This document shows positions 9,959 to 19,764 of a stretch of 64,000 bases of DNA, one piece after another (the stretch's first letter is position 1; each line of letters starts with the position of its first letter). The notes under the pieces are model-generated. The model saw only the letters and a program-made list of their open reading frames with translations, did no database searches and had not been told where the DNA came from. This stretch comes from Candidatus Doudnabacteria bacterium (GTDB lineage: Bacteria > Patescibacteriota > Doudnabacteria > UBA920 > VMFF01). The DNA lies in the NCBI GenBank assembly GCA_028286905.1, contig JAQBQP010000001.1:15114-79113 (forward strand), given 5' to 3'. The translations under genes were made by a program, and so were the position numbers.

Positions 9959-10297
9959 ATGGAAATAATCAAATCACTAAACTTAGGCGTAGCGTTTTTT
10001 CTAGAGTTACTAATGCTAGCTGTTTTTGGGTATACAGGATTTAGCCTAACCCAAAACACTTATCTTAGAGCGGGCTTCGCAATTGCCATTCCACTCGTTG
10101 CCGTAATACTGTGGGCTTTCTTAGCTGCCCCTAATTCAGGAACAAGACTGCACCAACCTTGGCTGTTGCTATTTCAAGCAATCCTATTTGGTCTCGCCTT
10201 CTATAGCTTGTGTAAATTACACCATCCTAAATTTGCTCTTGCTTTGATCTTTGTTTGGATAATTAGCACGGCTCTTAGCCTGTTTTGGAATCAATAA
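9959..10297 (+). CDS. YrdB/DUF2568 family membrane protein
   Basis: NL...F.LEL and LWA.LAAP motifs. Confidence 0.75.
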   Translation: MEIIKSLNLGVAFFLELLMLAVFGYTGFSLTQNTYLRAGFAIAIPLVAVILWAFLAAPNSGTRLHQPWLLLFQAILFGLAFYSLCKLHHPKFALALIFVWIISTALSLFWNQ

Positions 10298-10337
10298 TTT
10301 CAGTGGCGGAAAAGTTTCGCCTCCCAAAAAACTTAGC

Positions 10338-10366
10338 TTGCACCAAACTCCCAGTCCTGATAAACT
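10338..10366 (+). promoter_or_regulatory. Sigma70-type promoter of the GC-rich gene at 10440
   Basis: TTGCAC-17 bp-TAAACT with extended TG; AAGGAGG SD before the GTG. Confidence 0.6.
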
Positions 10367-10439
10367 AGTTCAATGTAACTGGGATGATACCCTGCGAAAG
10401 CCGCAGAGATAAGCCCACAAGAACCCAAAGGAGGGTTAA

Positions 10440-10928
10440 GTGAAAACGCTCACGAATGAGCCGCAGGTCCGCACGCCTTCGGAGAAGATCATTCCGGCAA
10501 GTCGCGGAACGTTCTACAGCTATGCCTCCGTGTTCACAATCGCGCGGCCGCTGTTCTGCCTGATGGATTGCAAGGCGAACAAGGCCCGTCCGACAGAAGA
10601 CGCCGAGACGCTCGTCGAAGAAGTCGACATGGTCTTCAATTTCGGTGATCCGGTCCGGCTCCGCTCGCCGAATTCCAGGACGACCCAGATCGCACGCATC
10701 GAGATGAACGACTACGCCTTCGATGAAGTGCGTCAGAAGAAGGACGGCGAGGCTCTGGCCCAGATCGTCCGCCAGCTCATGGCGACCGAACAGGTCACCA
10801 CGGACATGGCACTCGAGCCCGGAATGGTTCTCGGGGTCGCGACGTCGAACAACAAGTTCGGCCTTCTCCGCATCGCCGCGCTGGCCGATTCATTCGTATC
10901 GATCGACGCCTGCCACATCCTCCTGTAA
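10440..10928 (+). CDS. Hypothetical protein, GC-rich orphan
   Basis: 162-aa ORF with strong GC3 bias, SD, own promoter and terminator. Confidence 0.75.
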   Translation: MKTLTNEPQVRTPSEKIIPASRGTFYSYASVFTIARPLFCLMDCKANKARPTEDAETLVEEVDMVFNFGDPVRLRSPNSRTTQIARIEMNDYAFDEVRQKKDGEALAQIVRQLMATEQVTTDMALEPGMVLGVATSNNKFGLLRIAALADSFVSIDACHILL

Positions 10929-10952
10929 CACGAGGGCGCGGTAAGGCAGCAC

Positions 10953-10992
10953 AAAACGCCGTCAGAGGATCAAACCTCTGGCGGCGTTTCTC
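10953..10992 (+). terminator. Rho-independent terminator
   Basis: AAACGCCGTCAGAGG-loop-CCTCTGGCGGCGTTT. Confidence 0.75.
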
Positions 10993-11018
10993 ATATTCAT
11001 GAACTACCATGGCAGTGG

Positions 11019-11078
11019 GATGTGGCAACTGTGCTCCGAGAACATACGAATTATGTTCATGTCCCCGTTATGAAATAG
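11019..11078 (+). pseudogene. Short coding tail (copy 1), putative recombinase C-terminal remnant
   Basis: DVATVLREHTNYVHVPVMK*; shares GATGTGGCAACTGT with 11759-11772. Confidence 0.5.
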
Positions 11079-11081
11079 CTA

Positions 11082-11678
11082 CTACTTAAATTTAAAAGTT
11101 GAGAGAATTTGATTAAAAACTTTATCAGCTTCTGAAGCATCAGGTAGGCCATTATTATAGCTAACTTCAATAAAGGAGTTTGGTAAATTTGGGTTTTTAA
11201 TAAAAACATCTGGTCCAGACGAAGGCGAGTCCCCGCTTATTTCATACGCTTCTATCTGAGGAAGATTTAGCTTCTTAACCACGTAATACTCGGAACTTAC
11301 TAAGCTAACATTTTTTACGTCCTGCAGTCCTACATAAATTTCATAACCAGGAATCCAATCCTTTCCCTCCACCCCGGATGGTTTTACCCCTCCCCCATCA
11401 TATATTGGGAGCGAAGTATTACTAATTCGAAAGGTATGATTGAAAGCAGAATCGTTAGTTTTGGTATATAAGTTTTTTGGGTACTTAAACTCAAATTTAT
11501 ATTTACTGTCGGTATAAGTTTGGAGATTTGCATTTAAGCTATTTGGAGGTGTCTCAGAAACAGGATTTTTAGACTGAGTAGTAGCCTTCACTTGATCGGG
11601 GTTATTAACTACTGTATTTGAGTGACATCCCGTTGATAAAAACAAAATACTGGTTACTAATAAAAATATTTTTTTCAT
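11082..11678 (-). CDS. Lipoprotein, PsbP-like CPR surface family
   Basis: Lipobox LSTGC; TYTDSKYKFEFKYP and FNQILSTFKF termini. Confidence 0.75.
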   Translation of the reverse strand: MKKIFLLVTSILFLSTGCHSNTVVNNPDQVKATTQSKNPVSETPPNSLNANLQTYTDSKYKFEFKYPKNLYTKTNDSAFNHTFRISNTSLPIYDGGGVKPSGVEGKDWIPGYEIYVGLQDVKNVSLVSSEYYVVKKLNLPQIEAYEISGDSPSSGPDVFIKNPNLPNSFIEVSYNNGLPDASEADKVFNQILSTFKFK

Positions 11679-11740
11679 GGCTCACGCAAAATTAATTGCT
11701 TTAAGTATAACAAAAAATCGCCTATTCGGCGATTTTTTTC

Positions 11741-11818
11741 TGGGGTCGCATAGCGAAAGATGTGGCAACTGTTCTTCAGCAAACGAAGGAATATGTAGTT
11801 ATTCCTGATCTCAGATAA
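11741..11818 (+). pseudogene. Short coding tail (copy 2) starting at TGGGGT, the reverse complement of the tRNA-His 3' end
   Basis: WGRIAKDVATVLQQTKEYVVIPDLR*, directly after a terminator hairpin. Confidence 0.55.
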
Positions 11819-12036
11819 TTTTCTTATACAAACATAGAGAGTACCGTCACCCACCCTCCCCTGGGGGTCAATTTTATTCATTTAGATGGGGTTGTATGCG
11901 AATCGTTTTTTCTGATTTTAAGAAATTTGTGCAGCCACAGCATGGATTCTATTTTTGCATTTAATGGTAAGGACTTAAAGACACTAACATATACTAGCGT
12001 CCTGTGTTTGGATCGCACAGTAGACTACGTTAGAAC

Positions 12037-13974
12037 CTATTTTTTGGCTTGCTTTTTTCGTTTTTTTCTTCGCGGCACAACCCATAAAAACGAAGCTAAT
12101 AAGAGAAGCCCTATTAATAAAAGAAAGATGCGCAGAACGCATCTTTCTTTTATATCTATATTATCTTTCTGTAAGATTGTTGGAGCAGGAGAAGCAACAA
12201 TGACTGTAGCGATGGCAAGATCTTTTACTAAAATACCATTGGCTTGACCAGTTGCTATCGCTGTATTTGTAGTAGTCTTTAAAATCCTCGTAGTACAAGT
12301 GTAGTCCCAAGTCTCAGTAATACCGAGTCTCGAATCACTATTTTTATCACCAGTAACGTATTCGACCGGACTACATTTATCATCAGTGATGTTAACATTA
12401 CTCAGCGCGATTTTTCCAGGGTTGCTAATTTTTTGAACGTAAGTAATCATCCCTCCCCTTACTGGCAAAGTAAATGAGTTCGGAACATTTATAACATGAA
12501 TAATCGGTGTTATAACTATAGCTGGCATTCCGACCACAACCGTGGCGCTTGCAATATCTGTTGCAGAAATATTATTGGCCCAACCAGTCGCGACTGCAAC
12601 ATCAATGTTGGTTTTTGTAAGCCTAACGGAACAACGGTAAATCCATATTTCATTTATATCAAGTACGTCGTCAGAATTAATATCACCGGAAGTAAGATTG
12701 ATAGGCTTACAACTGTTACCAAGTATTGTAATATTGGTCACAGGAACCGTTCCAATATTACGTAACGTGTAAGTGAACGTCACTAAACCCGGGCCGCCAG
12801 GCAAGGCCAAAGGATTTGGAATTTTAATAATATCAATAACCGGTGGGGTCGGAACAACGACCGGAATAAATGGAACAACTGGTGGCGACTGTCCACCAGA
12901 ACCACCACCTCCTGATGAAGGAGGGACAATCAGCGGTGCGATGTCATCATTAATAACTATGCAGAACATCTGGCTGCCAGAAACCACATCGATCCGACCA
13001 GAAGCGTCACAATCTCCGGAAAATTCTTGAGTGTAGTTTACATCTGCAGTCTCTGTCACGGTGTACGATGCAGGTGCCGCAAAGGAATTGGTCTGGCCAG
13101 AAATGACTGACGAGCCATTTACGAACAGCGGAAAGTCAGCCACGACTTTGGTTCGACCATTATCATTGATCACTGTAGCAACGACATTGATCGATGCAGA
13201 TGGTGGTGGAGTGGGAGTTGGACTAGGCGAAGGTGTTGGAGTAGGCGTCGGTGAAGGGCTTGGAGCTGGAGGCGGAGGCGGCGCTGGGGCACTACATGAA
13301 GGCACGGTAATGGAGTTAGTATCAGAGGTTACCGCTTTGCCAAATGCCAGAGCTCTTCCTGTCCATATCGTGCCAGCACCCAACGTCACGGCCGCAGGAT
13401 CAATCACAGTTCCTATAAAAGTTGTTCCGGCACCTAGAGTTACCGCACCAGTCGGCGTCCAAAAAATATCACAAGCCGATGCTCCTCCGGCTAACGCAAT
13501 CGTTATACCAGCTGTAGAATTTAGTGCGCCAACGATCCTGAAGGTGTATGTCCCACTACCGCTAAGAGTGATCCCGGTTGTTATGGAAACAGCACCAGTA
13601 ATACAATACACTCCTGGAATTATTGGTTGAGATAAGGTGGCGAGATCAGTAGCAGCACCAAAAATAAAAGTACAAGTTTCAGCATTTAAGGCGCTCAAAG
13701 CAGTGCCCTGATCTGCTCCTGCCGCCGTATAGGGGTCAGAGGATCCATAATTCGTATGTGTACCAGAAGGTGCAATCGCAGGCGCAACGGTGAAACCGAC
13801 ATCTCCATTGATCGTGGTTGCTGACGTATTGGCGTAAGTACCAGTAAGCACGCCATAAGTTGCCGCTGCTCCCAAAGATGGAGTGGTGGCTGCAGCGTCG
13901 ACTTGTTGTGTACCAAGCCTAAGCACGAAAAAAACGACCAATAAAACCATCAGGATATTAGCAATTCTTTTCAT
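12037..13974 (-). CDS. Ice-binding (DUF3494) domain surface protein with Pro-rich stalk, Ig-like repeats and C-terminal TM anchor
   Basis: Signal peptide, T.INGDVG, PGVYC, IFW...A.TLG.GTTF.GT, GRALA; PSPTP linker; TM followed by a basic tail. Confidence 0.85.
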   Translation of the reverse strand: MKRIANILMVLLVVFFVLRLGTQQVDAAATTPSLGAAATYGVLTGTYANTSATTINGDVGFTVAPAIAPSGTHTNYGSSDPYTAAGADQGTALSALNAETCTFIFGAATDLATLSQPIIPGVYCITGAVSITTGITLSGSGTYTFRIVGALNSTAGITIALAGGASACDIFWTPTGAVTLGAGTTFIGTVIDPAAVTLGAGTIWTGRALAFGKAVTSDTNSITVPSCSAPAPPPPPAPSPSPTPTPTPSPSPTPTPPPSASINVVATVINDNGRTKVVADFPLFVNGSSVISGQTNSFAAPASYTVTETADVNYTQEFSGDCDASGRIDVVSGSQMFCIVINDDIAPLIVPPSSGGGGSGGQSPPVVPFIPVVVPTPPVIDIIKIPNPLALPGGPGLVTFTYTLRNIGTVPVTNITILGNSCKPINLTSGDINSDDVLDINEIWIYRCSVRLTKTNIDVAVATGWANNISATDIASATVVVGMPAIVITPIIHVINVPNSFTLPVRGGMITYVQKISNPGKIALSNVNITDDKCSPVEYVTGDKNSDSRLGITETWDYTCTTRILKTTTNTAIATGQANGILVKDLAIATVIVASPAPTILQKDNIDIKERCVLRIFLLLIGLLLLASFLWVVPRRKKRKKQAKK

Positions 13975-14153
13975 ATTTGTTTTTTACCCTTCTAATTAAA
14001 ATACAAAACCGGACAAAGTCCGGTCAAAACTCTAATTTTTGAGTGGAATTTGAAAGTAAGAGTACTTACAACGTAAGTATCGCTTCAATTCAATTAAAAA
14101 ACAATAGGGATCCTTTGCCAACAAAAAACCGCCTTTTCGGCGATTTTCTATTT

Positions 14154-14169
14154 ATGGGGTGCCCGAAGG
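14154..14169. repeat. 16-bp direct repeat of the tRNA-His 3' end (att-like)
   Basis: ATGGGGTGCCCGAAGG at 14154-14169 and 14298-14313. Confidence 0.85.
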
Positions 14170-14297
14170 CTGCTCCTTCCAGTCGCAGCATTTCCTCTTT
14201 GGTTTGCCTTCGGCACAACCACACAGAAGAAGGTCAGGAAAGTTTCGCCTTCATGAACTACCATTACAAAAGCCTCCAATTTTTGGAGGCTTTTGTA
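14170..14297. mobile_element. Non-coding mini-element between the att-like repeats
   Basis: Flanked by direct repeats 144 bp apart; contains hairpins, no credible ORF. Confidence 0.55.
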
Positions 14298-14298
14298 A

Positions 14299-14373
14299 TG
14301 GGGTGCCCGAAGGGAATCGGACCCTCGTGACCGCTGCCACAGAGCGGCGTTCTGCCATTGAACTACGGGCACC
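14299..14373 (-). tRNA. tRNA-His(GUG) with encoded G-1 and CCA
   Basis: Cloverleaf; CCGCT-CTGTGGC-AGCGG anticodon arm; T-loop TCCGATT. Confidence 0.93.
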
Positions 14374-14516
14374 ATAATATTTTGCGCGACACATAAACAT
14401 CAGTCGCTTTTAAAACACAAAACTCTTACACAGATGTAAGAGCAATAGATTTGTCCGCTGTGTCAGACAAAAGAATCATACGCTTTTTAGACGCTTTAGT
14501 CAATCGCAGTAGCCAC

Positions 14517-15575
14517 TTAGGCAATACGCTTCTGCGCCCATTTCTTCTGAATCCAAGAGTCCAATCCCCACTCCCCACCATTATTAATCATCAAGTACAA
14601 AGCCAAAGCTAATAAAATATAATGCGGCCAAACAGCTTCCTTGAAAAACAGCACCGACATCGCCATCAAAACAAAAGTAATTAAAGTATTTAACCGCGTC
14701 TGAAAACCTAAAATTATTGCGGTACCTACTACGACTTGCGCCAAGCCAGTCCCTAACGCAATCAACAACGGGTCTTGCGGGAACAGCCAATGGAATTGTG
14801 TTAAATGGTATTGTTGAACTATTTCAACAATTATAATCGGATGCAATAATTTTATACTGATCGCCGGATACAAAACTGAAATGCCGTAAGTAATTCTGAT
14901 AATTGCAATTTCATATTGTTTAAATTTTTCCCGCATCCTGCCTAGAGCGGAGCTCGTTCCTTGCAATAATCGATCAACTGAAAAAACTTTAGAACCAAAA
15001 AATATCAAAGCAATAAACTCTCCAAAGTAATTGAAATAAGTTAGAATATAATCCTTATAAACGATCGTTGCCAGAATAAATACCAATAAAGAAACAGCTC
15101 CTATTACTTCGCTAAATAAGCCAATAATCAGCATTATCCCTAATATATAGAGTAAGATGTGAATTAACCCGCCAAAAGGCAGGCTATATACACTAATCTC
15201 TGGCCCAAGATAAGCGTGAGTTTGCGCTGAAGCAATAAAAGAAATGCCTAATGCAAATCTTAAAACAACGCTGCCGAATGGGTCGAACCGCTTAATAAAT
15301 TTATCAAACCGAATTCCCCACTTTGAATGTTGAAAAAGAAAATATAAAACAAACAAAATAAAACTGCCTAAACCAAAAGCCACTCCTATAATCAAGTTGT
15401 GCGGATTTTTTAAAGCATTAAAAACGTTCAAGCTATAATCGCGCATTCCAGCATCAATTTGAGCATGACTTAAAACATAATTTTCGTGTGCGGAACTTGT
15501 AAAAGGCATTGCCCATAAAAAGGCTAGTAAAGCACCGACAATTAACTGAAATTTTATTTTTATTTTGTTTCGCAT
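14517..15575 (-). CDS. DoxX-family membrane protein
   Basis: AHENY N-terminus, two DoxX-like repeats, EAVWPH, W.LD. Confidence 0.75.
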   Translation of the reverse strand: MRNKIKIKFQLIVGALLAFLWAMPFTSSAHENYVLSHAQIDAGMRDYSLNVFNALKNPHNLIIGVAFGLGSFILFVLYFLFQHSKWGIRFDKFIKRFDPFGSVVLRFALGISFIASAQTHAYLGPEISVYSLPFGGLIHILLYILGIMLIIGLFSEVIGAVSLLVFILATIVYKDYILTYFNYFGEFIALIFFGSKVFSVDRLLQGTSSALGRMREKFKQYEIAIIRITYGISVLYPAISIKLLHPIIIVEIVQQYHLTQFHWLFPQDPLLIALGTGLAQVVVGTAIILGFQTRLNTLITFVLMAMSVLFFKEAVWPHYILLALALYLMINNGGEWGLDSWIQKKWAQKRIA

Positions 15576-15694
15576 AGTTTTCTGACCTCCATATTATAGC
15601 ATCTCTTTGCCTATCGCCACCCTCTTGCGCTCAAACCCGTTTTCTGGCATAATATTGCCAGCGCAGAAAGCGCCTTTTAATTTTAAGATATATT

Positions 15695-17548
15695 ATGAGC
15701 CAACAGACCCGAGACAACATCCGCAATATTGCGATCATTGCTCACGTAGACCACGGCAAAACCACCCTTGTCGACGCGATGCTTAAACAAACCCATACCG
15801 TAAAAGACGGACCAGATGGTGCTGATTTAATCATGGACTCCATGGATTTGGAACGTGAACGCGGAATCACCATTAAGGCTAAAAATGCCAGCGTTGTTTA
15901 CAACGGCATTAAGATTAATATTGTCGATACCCCAGGCCACGCAGACTTCGGCGGAGAAGTTGAACGTACTTTAAAGATGGCTGATGGTGTAATCCTTTTG
16001 GTGGATGCTAAAGAAGGTCCGATGCCTCAGACAAAATTCGTTTTGAAGAAAGCTTTGGAACTTGGCCACCGCGCGATTGTTGTGATCAACAAAGTTGACC
16101 GTCCTGACGCTCAAGCAGATGAAGTAGTAAATAAAACTTTCGATTTATTCGTAGATCTACGCGCAACTGATGACCAACTTGAATTCCCAATCATCTACGC
16201 TTCAGGTATTAATGGTGTTGCCAGCTTAACTCAACCAAAACATCCTGGCGCGCAAGCTTTGGAAGATTTAAACAGCAAAGATTTAATTCCATTATTTGAT
16301 ACAATTTTAAAACATATCCCCGCTCCTCAAGTGAACATGGATGATCCTTTTGCAATGCTTGTACTTGCGATTGCTTACGATGCATACAAAGGCAGAATGG
16401 GCACTGGAAAGATTTTCTCCGGTTCTGTTAAAAAAGGCCAGAACGTTGTTCAAATAAAAGTAGATGGTACAAAAGTTGCTGGAAAAGTTGGCAACATTAT
16501 GAGCTTTGAAGGAATGGCAAAAGTTGAAGTTGATGAAGCTTTGGCTGGCGACATTGTTTCTATTTCTGGTTTTGATGAAATCACAATCGGTGAAACGATC
16601 GCTGATGCTTTAAACCCTGTTCAGCTTACTCCTGTGAAGATTGAAGAACCTACCGTAAGAATGAGCTTCTCAGTTAACAACTCCCCTTTTGCTGGACGTG
16701 AAGGTAAATTCTTAACTTCTAGAAATTTGCGAGAACGTTTGTTTAAAGAATTAGAAACTAATGTTGCTTTGCGCGTTGAAGAAACCGGTACTACAGATTC
16801 TTACCTTGTATCTGGACGCGGTGAATTGCACTTAGGTATTTTAATTGAAACGATGCGCCGTGAAGGTTACGAGTTGCAAGTTTCTCAGCCTGAGGTTATT
16901 TTCAAAACTGAAAATGGCGTGAAATTAGAACCTTACGAAGTTTTGAGCGTTGATGTACCAAGCCAATATCAAGGTCCCGTAATTGAAGAACTTGGTAAGC
17001 GCGGTGGTGAACTACGCCATATGGAAACTAGCCCTTCAGACGAAATCCATGCTGAATACTTAATTCCTACTCGTGGTTTGATTGGTCTTAAGAGCGCATT
17101 GCTTACAAAGACTCGTGGCACAGCGATTGTTAACAACATCTTTGAAGCTTACAAGCCAATGGCAAACATTAGTAGCGAAACAACAGACTCGCACGGTTCA
17201 TTGATTGCTGCTGAAACCGGGGTTTCTAATGCTTACGGTTTGAACAACGCTCAAGAACGCGGAACTCTGTTTATCGGTCCTGCTGTTGAAGTGTACGGCG
17301 GAATGATCGTTGGTAAGAACGCTTTCGATACTGACCTTGAAATCAACGTTAACAGAACTAAAAAACTATCAAACATGCGTTCCTCCGGGGCCGATGATGC
17401 AATCATCCTTACTCCTCCTCGCGAAATAACTTTGGACATGGCTCTTGAATACATCGGAAACGATGAATTAGTAGAGGTTACACCAAAGAGCGTTAGAATG
17501 CGTAAGAAGTTACTAGACCCAAACGAACGCAAGCGCGCCGCCAGATAA
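15695..17548 (+). CDS. typA: Translational GTPase TypA/BipA
   Basis: [42 protein letters not shown]. Confidence 0.97.
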   Translation: MSQQTRDNIRNIAIIAHVDHGKTTLVDAMLKQTHTVKDGPDGADLIMDSMDLERERGITIKAKNASVVYNGIKINIVDTPGHADFGGEVERTLKMADGVILLVDAKEGPMPQTKFVLKKALELGHRAIVVINKVDRPDAQADEVVNKTFDLFVDLRATDDQLEFPIIYASGINGVASLTQPKHPGAQALEDLNSKDLIPLFDTILKHIPAPQVNMDDPFAMLVLAIAYDAYKGRMGTGKIFSGSVKKGQNVVQIKVDGTKVAGKVGNIMSFEGMAKVEVDEALAGDIVSISGFDEITIGETIADALNPVQLTPVKIEEPTVRMSFSVNNSPFAGREGKFLTSRNLRERLFKELETNVALRVEETGTTDSYLVSGRGELHLGILIETMRREGYELQVSQPEVIFKTENGVKLEPYEVLSVDVPSQYQGPVIEELGKRGGELRHMETSPSDEIHAEYLIPTRGLIGLKSALLTKTRGTAIVNNIFEAYKPMANISSETTDSHGSLIAAETGVSNAYGLNNAQERGTLFIGPAVEVYGGMIVGKNAFDTDLEINVNRTKKLSNMRSSGADDAIILTPPREITLDMALEYIGNDELVEVTPKSVRMRKKLLDPNERKRAAR

Positions 17549-17581
17549 GTTCACCCTCGACTCCAAAATCGTAGGTCGTGC

Positions 17582-17597
17582 CGAAGCGAAGCGCACG
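17582..17597 (+). repeat. CGAAGCGAAGCGCACG hairpin repeat, copy 1
   Basis: Identical 16-mer at 63651-63666; extended variant at 62899-62930. Confidence 0.7.
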
Positions 17598-17649
17598 GCC
17601 GATAGCACCCCTCGGGAGCAACCCTAATTGTGCATAAGTGGATAACAAT

Positions 17650-17684
17650 AATAAAACCGCTCTATCTGTAGAGCGGTTTTATTT
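17650..17684. terminator. Bidirectional terminator between typA and holA
   Basis: AATAAAACCGCTCTA-TCTG-TAGAGCGGTTTTATT. Confidence 0.85.
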
Positions 17685-17706
17685 TGCGCACCATTTACCA
17701 CAACTA

Positions 17707-18723
17707 TTATTTCAGCAGTGCTTCTATAATCATCAACATTTGCAAGTTTGCCGGCCCAGAAGTAGTTTTAACTTCCTGGTCCAACGCCTCGAGCTTTCTC
17801 AACGCTTGTCTTACCGCCAACGCTGAGAAATTTCTACCCAGTTTTTTATAAACAAATAATTTGCCGCTAGCAAAGCCGCTTGCCGCCAACATCTCCGGTT
17901 CGCCCATCCCAGAAGCGGCCAAACCTTGAATTAACAAAATGCTTCTGAACTGTTCCGCCAACAAACCCGATAAGCTAATGATCTTGGCTTTCTCGTCGCC
18001 TGGCAAACGATCGATGTACTCGGTTAGCGCTTTGATTGCCGCTGCTTTATTTTTATCGCCCAGTGCGTTGGTTATCGCAAAAATATTTTCATCCAAATTT
18101 TCAGAAATTAAATCTCTAATATTTTCTTCGGTCAGCGCCGCTGCTTTATCTTCAACCGCGGCACCAACAGCTCCACCGCTAAACGCAGCTAGCTTCCGCA
18201 GTTCAGAATCCACCTGCCACAAAGAATAAGCCGGCGCACCAAACGTTGCTGCCCCTCCTCCAGCAAAACTTGAACCTCCAACAAATCCAATCCGTTCCAA
18301 AAACAAATCAAAGCTTCTGCCGCCAAATTTCAAACCGTATAGATTAGCCCGCGCATCAACCCATTTTCTAAATTCTGCTCCCACCAAAGTATTAAACTCC
18401 AAGACTTTTAGCTTGGGGTGCGCTAAAATCTTTTTTGTTTCGGTTTTACGCTTATCCAATTTTTCTTCAAAGAAAACAATTATATTTAAATTTTTAGAAA
18501 TCTCTTCCAAAACCGCTTCATTCACCAAATTCTTAGAAAAGAAATCGTAACCAAAGATAATCTTTCTGCCCCCAAATAGGTTCGCTTCTGTGGCGGTACG
18601 AGCCAAAGCAGCGATACCATCGGTATCATAAAAGACCGCCGGTTCCAACCGTTCTTTAGCTTCCAGCCCCTTTACATACTCCTTTTTGGAGAAATCGTCG
18701 CTGCCTAATAACAGATATATCAT
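17707..18723 (-). CDS. holA: DNA polymerase III delta subunit
   Basis: MIYLLLG.D.F, NLFG, DKR, EL.KL, IF...AL, D..VKT. Confidence 0.85.
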   Translation of the reverse strand: MIYLLLGSDDFSKKEYVKGLEAKERLEPAVFYDTDGIAALARTATEANLFGGRKIIFGYDFFSKNLVNEAVLEEISKNLNIIVFFEEKLDKRKTETKKILAHPKLKVLEFNTLVGAEFRKWVDARANLYGLKFGGRSFDLFLERIGFVGGSSFAGGGAATFGAPAYSLWQVDSELRKLAAFSGGAVGAAVEDKAAALTEENIRDLISENLDENIFAITNALGDKNKAAAIKALTEYIDRLPGDEKAKIISLSGLLAEQFRSILLIQGLAASGMGEPEMLAASGFASGKLFVYKKLGRNFSALAVRQALRKLEALDQEVKTTSGPANLQMLMIIEALLK

Positions 18724-18758
18724 ACCCTTGATTTTAGCATAAAAATGTTATACAAAGC

Positions 18759-18989
18759 ATGACGCTAGTTGAACGACTCCAGGAAGCAGAAATGCTGGCA
18801 ACATTTATGGACTATTACGCTCCACCGCAATGGAGCAAGCGTTTTGCCGAGCTCACGGGAAACCGCGGACGCAACATGATTATCACCCTCGCCCATTGGA
18901 AAGAAGATCTCGAAAAACTGCGCGCCAATGTCAAAGCTGAGGCCGAGGCAATGAGCGCGGAGGATCACACCGAGACCGAAGCCGCCTAA
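18759..18989 (+). CDS. Small hypothetical protein, GC-enriched
   Basis: 76-aa ORF followed by a terminator at about 19040-19077. Confidence 0.55.
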   Translation: MTLVERLQEAEMLATFMDYYAPPQWSKRFAELTGNRGRNMIITLAHWKEDLEKLRANVKAEAEAMSAEDHTETEAA

Positions 18990-19162
18990 CCTAGAAACTT
19001 CATTCGCAACTACTTTCACCCACTTCACCCGGAAACACCAACAGCCGCTTTCTACCAGAGAGCGGCTGTGTTTTTTACGCTCCAATACTCAGCTCACTTC
19101 TGCCTGTTCGGAACCCTTCGTCAAACCAAAAGAATGTACCCCAAGTTTGGGGTACATTCTTT

Positions 19163-19238
<76 letters not shown>

Positions 19239-19261
19239 GCAATGCTCGAATGCTGAAATCT

Positions 19262-19338
19262 TGGTGCGCCCGGCAGGGGTCGAACCTGCAACCTTGTGGT
19301 CCGAAGCCACACACTCTATCCAGTTGAGCTACGGGCGC
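19262..19338 (-). tRNA. tRNA-Arg(UCG)
   Basis: TGTGG-CTTCGGA-CCACA anticodon arm, TTCGAC, CCA. Confidence 0.93.
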
Positions 19339-19464
19339 AGAATTCGCTTTACAACGAGGCTTTCGCCAGGTACGCACCTAATCTTAACAAATTAGGCCTA
19401 AAATTTCAACCCCAAACCATCGCTCATAACAAGCTGCCAAATCTCAAACTAACAGCAAACAAAA

Positions 19465-19764
19465 TTAGTGCGCTACTGGGATTGGCACCGGGTTAGAAAA
19501 TGGATCGGCGGCACCTATCGAATCTGGACTAGTTCCGGGGTCATAGGTTTGAGCTTTAGTATATCTTTGGATTGCTTGGTCCATCAGTTTAAAATCTACT
19601 CTGACAATATGTTTTTTTATGCTCTGGCTAACGTTTTTATTGTTCAAATTTAAATACAGCTGATACATTAAAAACACTTCGGCCACAATCAATACGAAGA
19701 AGGCCAAGTTTAAAACCAAGCTCAGCACTGTTCGCCAATTAGTTTTTGGAGGTAAAATTTTCAT
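19465..19764 (-). CDS. Single-TM protein at the end of the pil operon
   Basis: Overlaps the upstream gene stop; N-terminal TM; DPF near the C-terminus. Confidence 0.65.
   Translation of the reverse strand: MKILPPKTNWRTVLSLVLNLAFFVLIVAEVFLMYQLYLNLNNKNVSQSIKKHIVRVDFKLMDQAIQRYTKAQTYDPGTSPDSIGAADPFSNPVPIPVAH

Noticed and set aside
13200-13292. Tandem repeat-like tract
   Set aside because: Encodes the Pro/Ser/Thr linker of the ice-binding protein
14043-14377. ORFs overlapping tRNA-His (also 19068-19496 and 31164-31365)
   Set aside because: Spurious frames across tRNA genes
17629-17645. DnaA-box-like pair (also 31077-31085) as a replication origin
   Set aside because: Too few boxes and no dnaA/dnaN context
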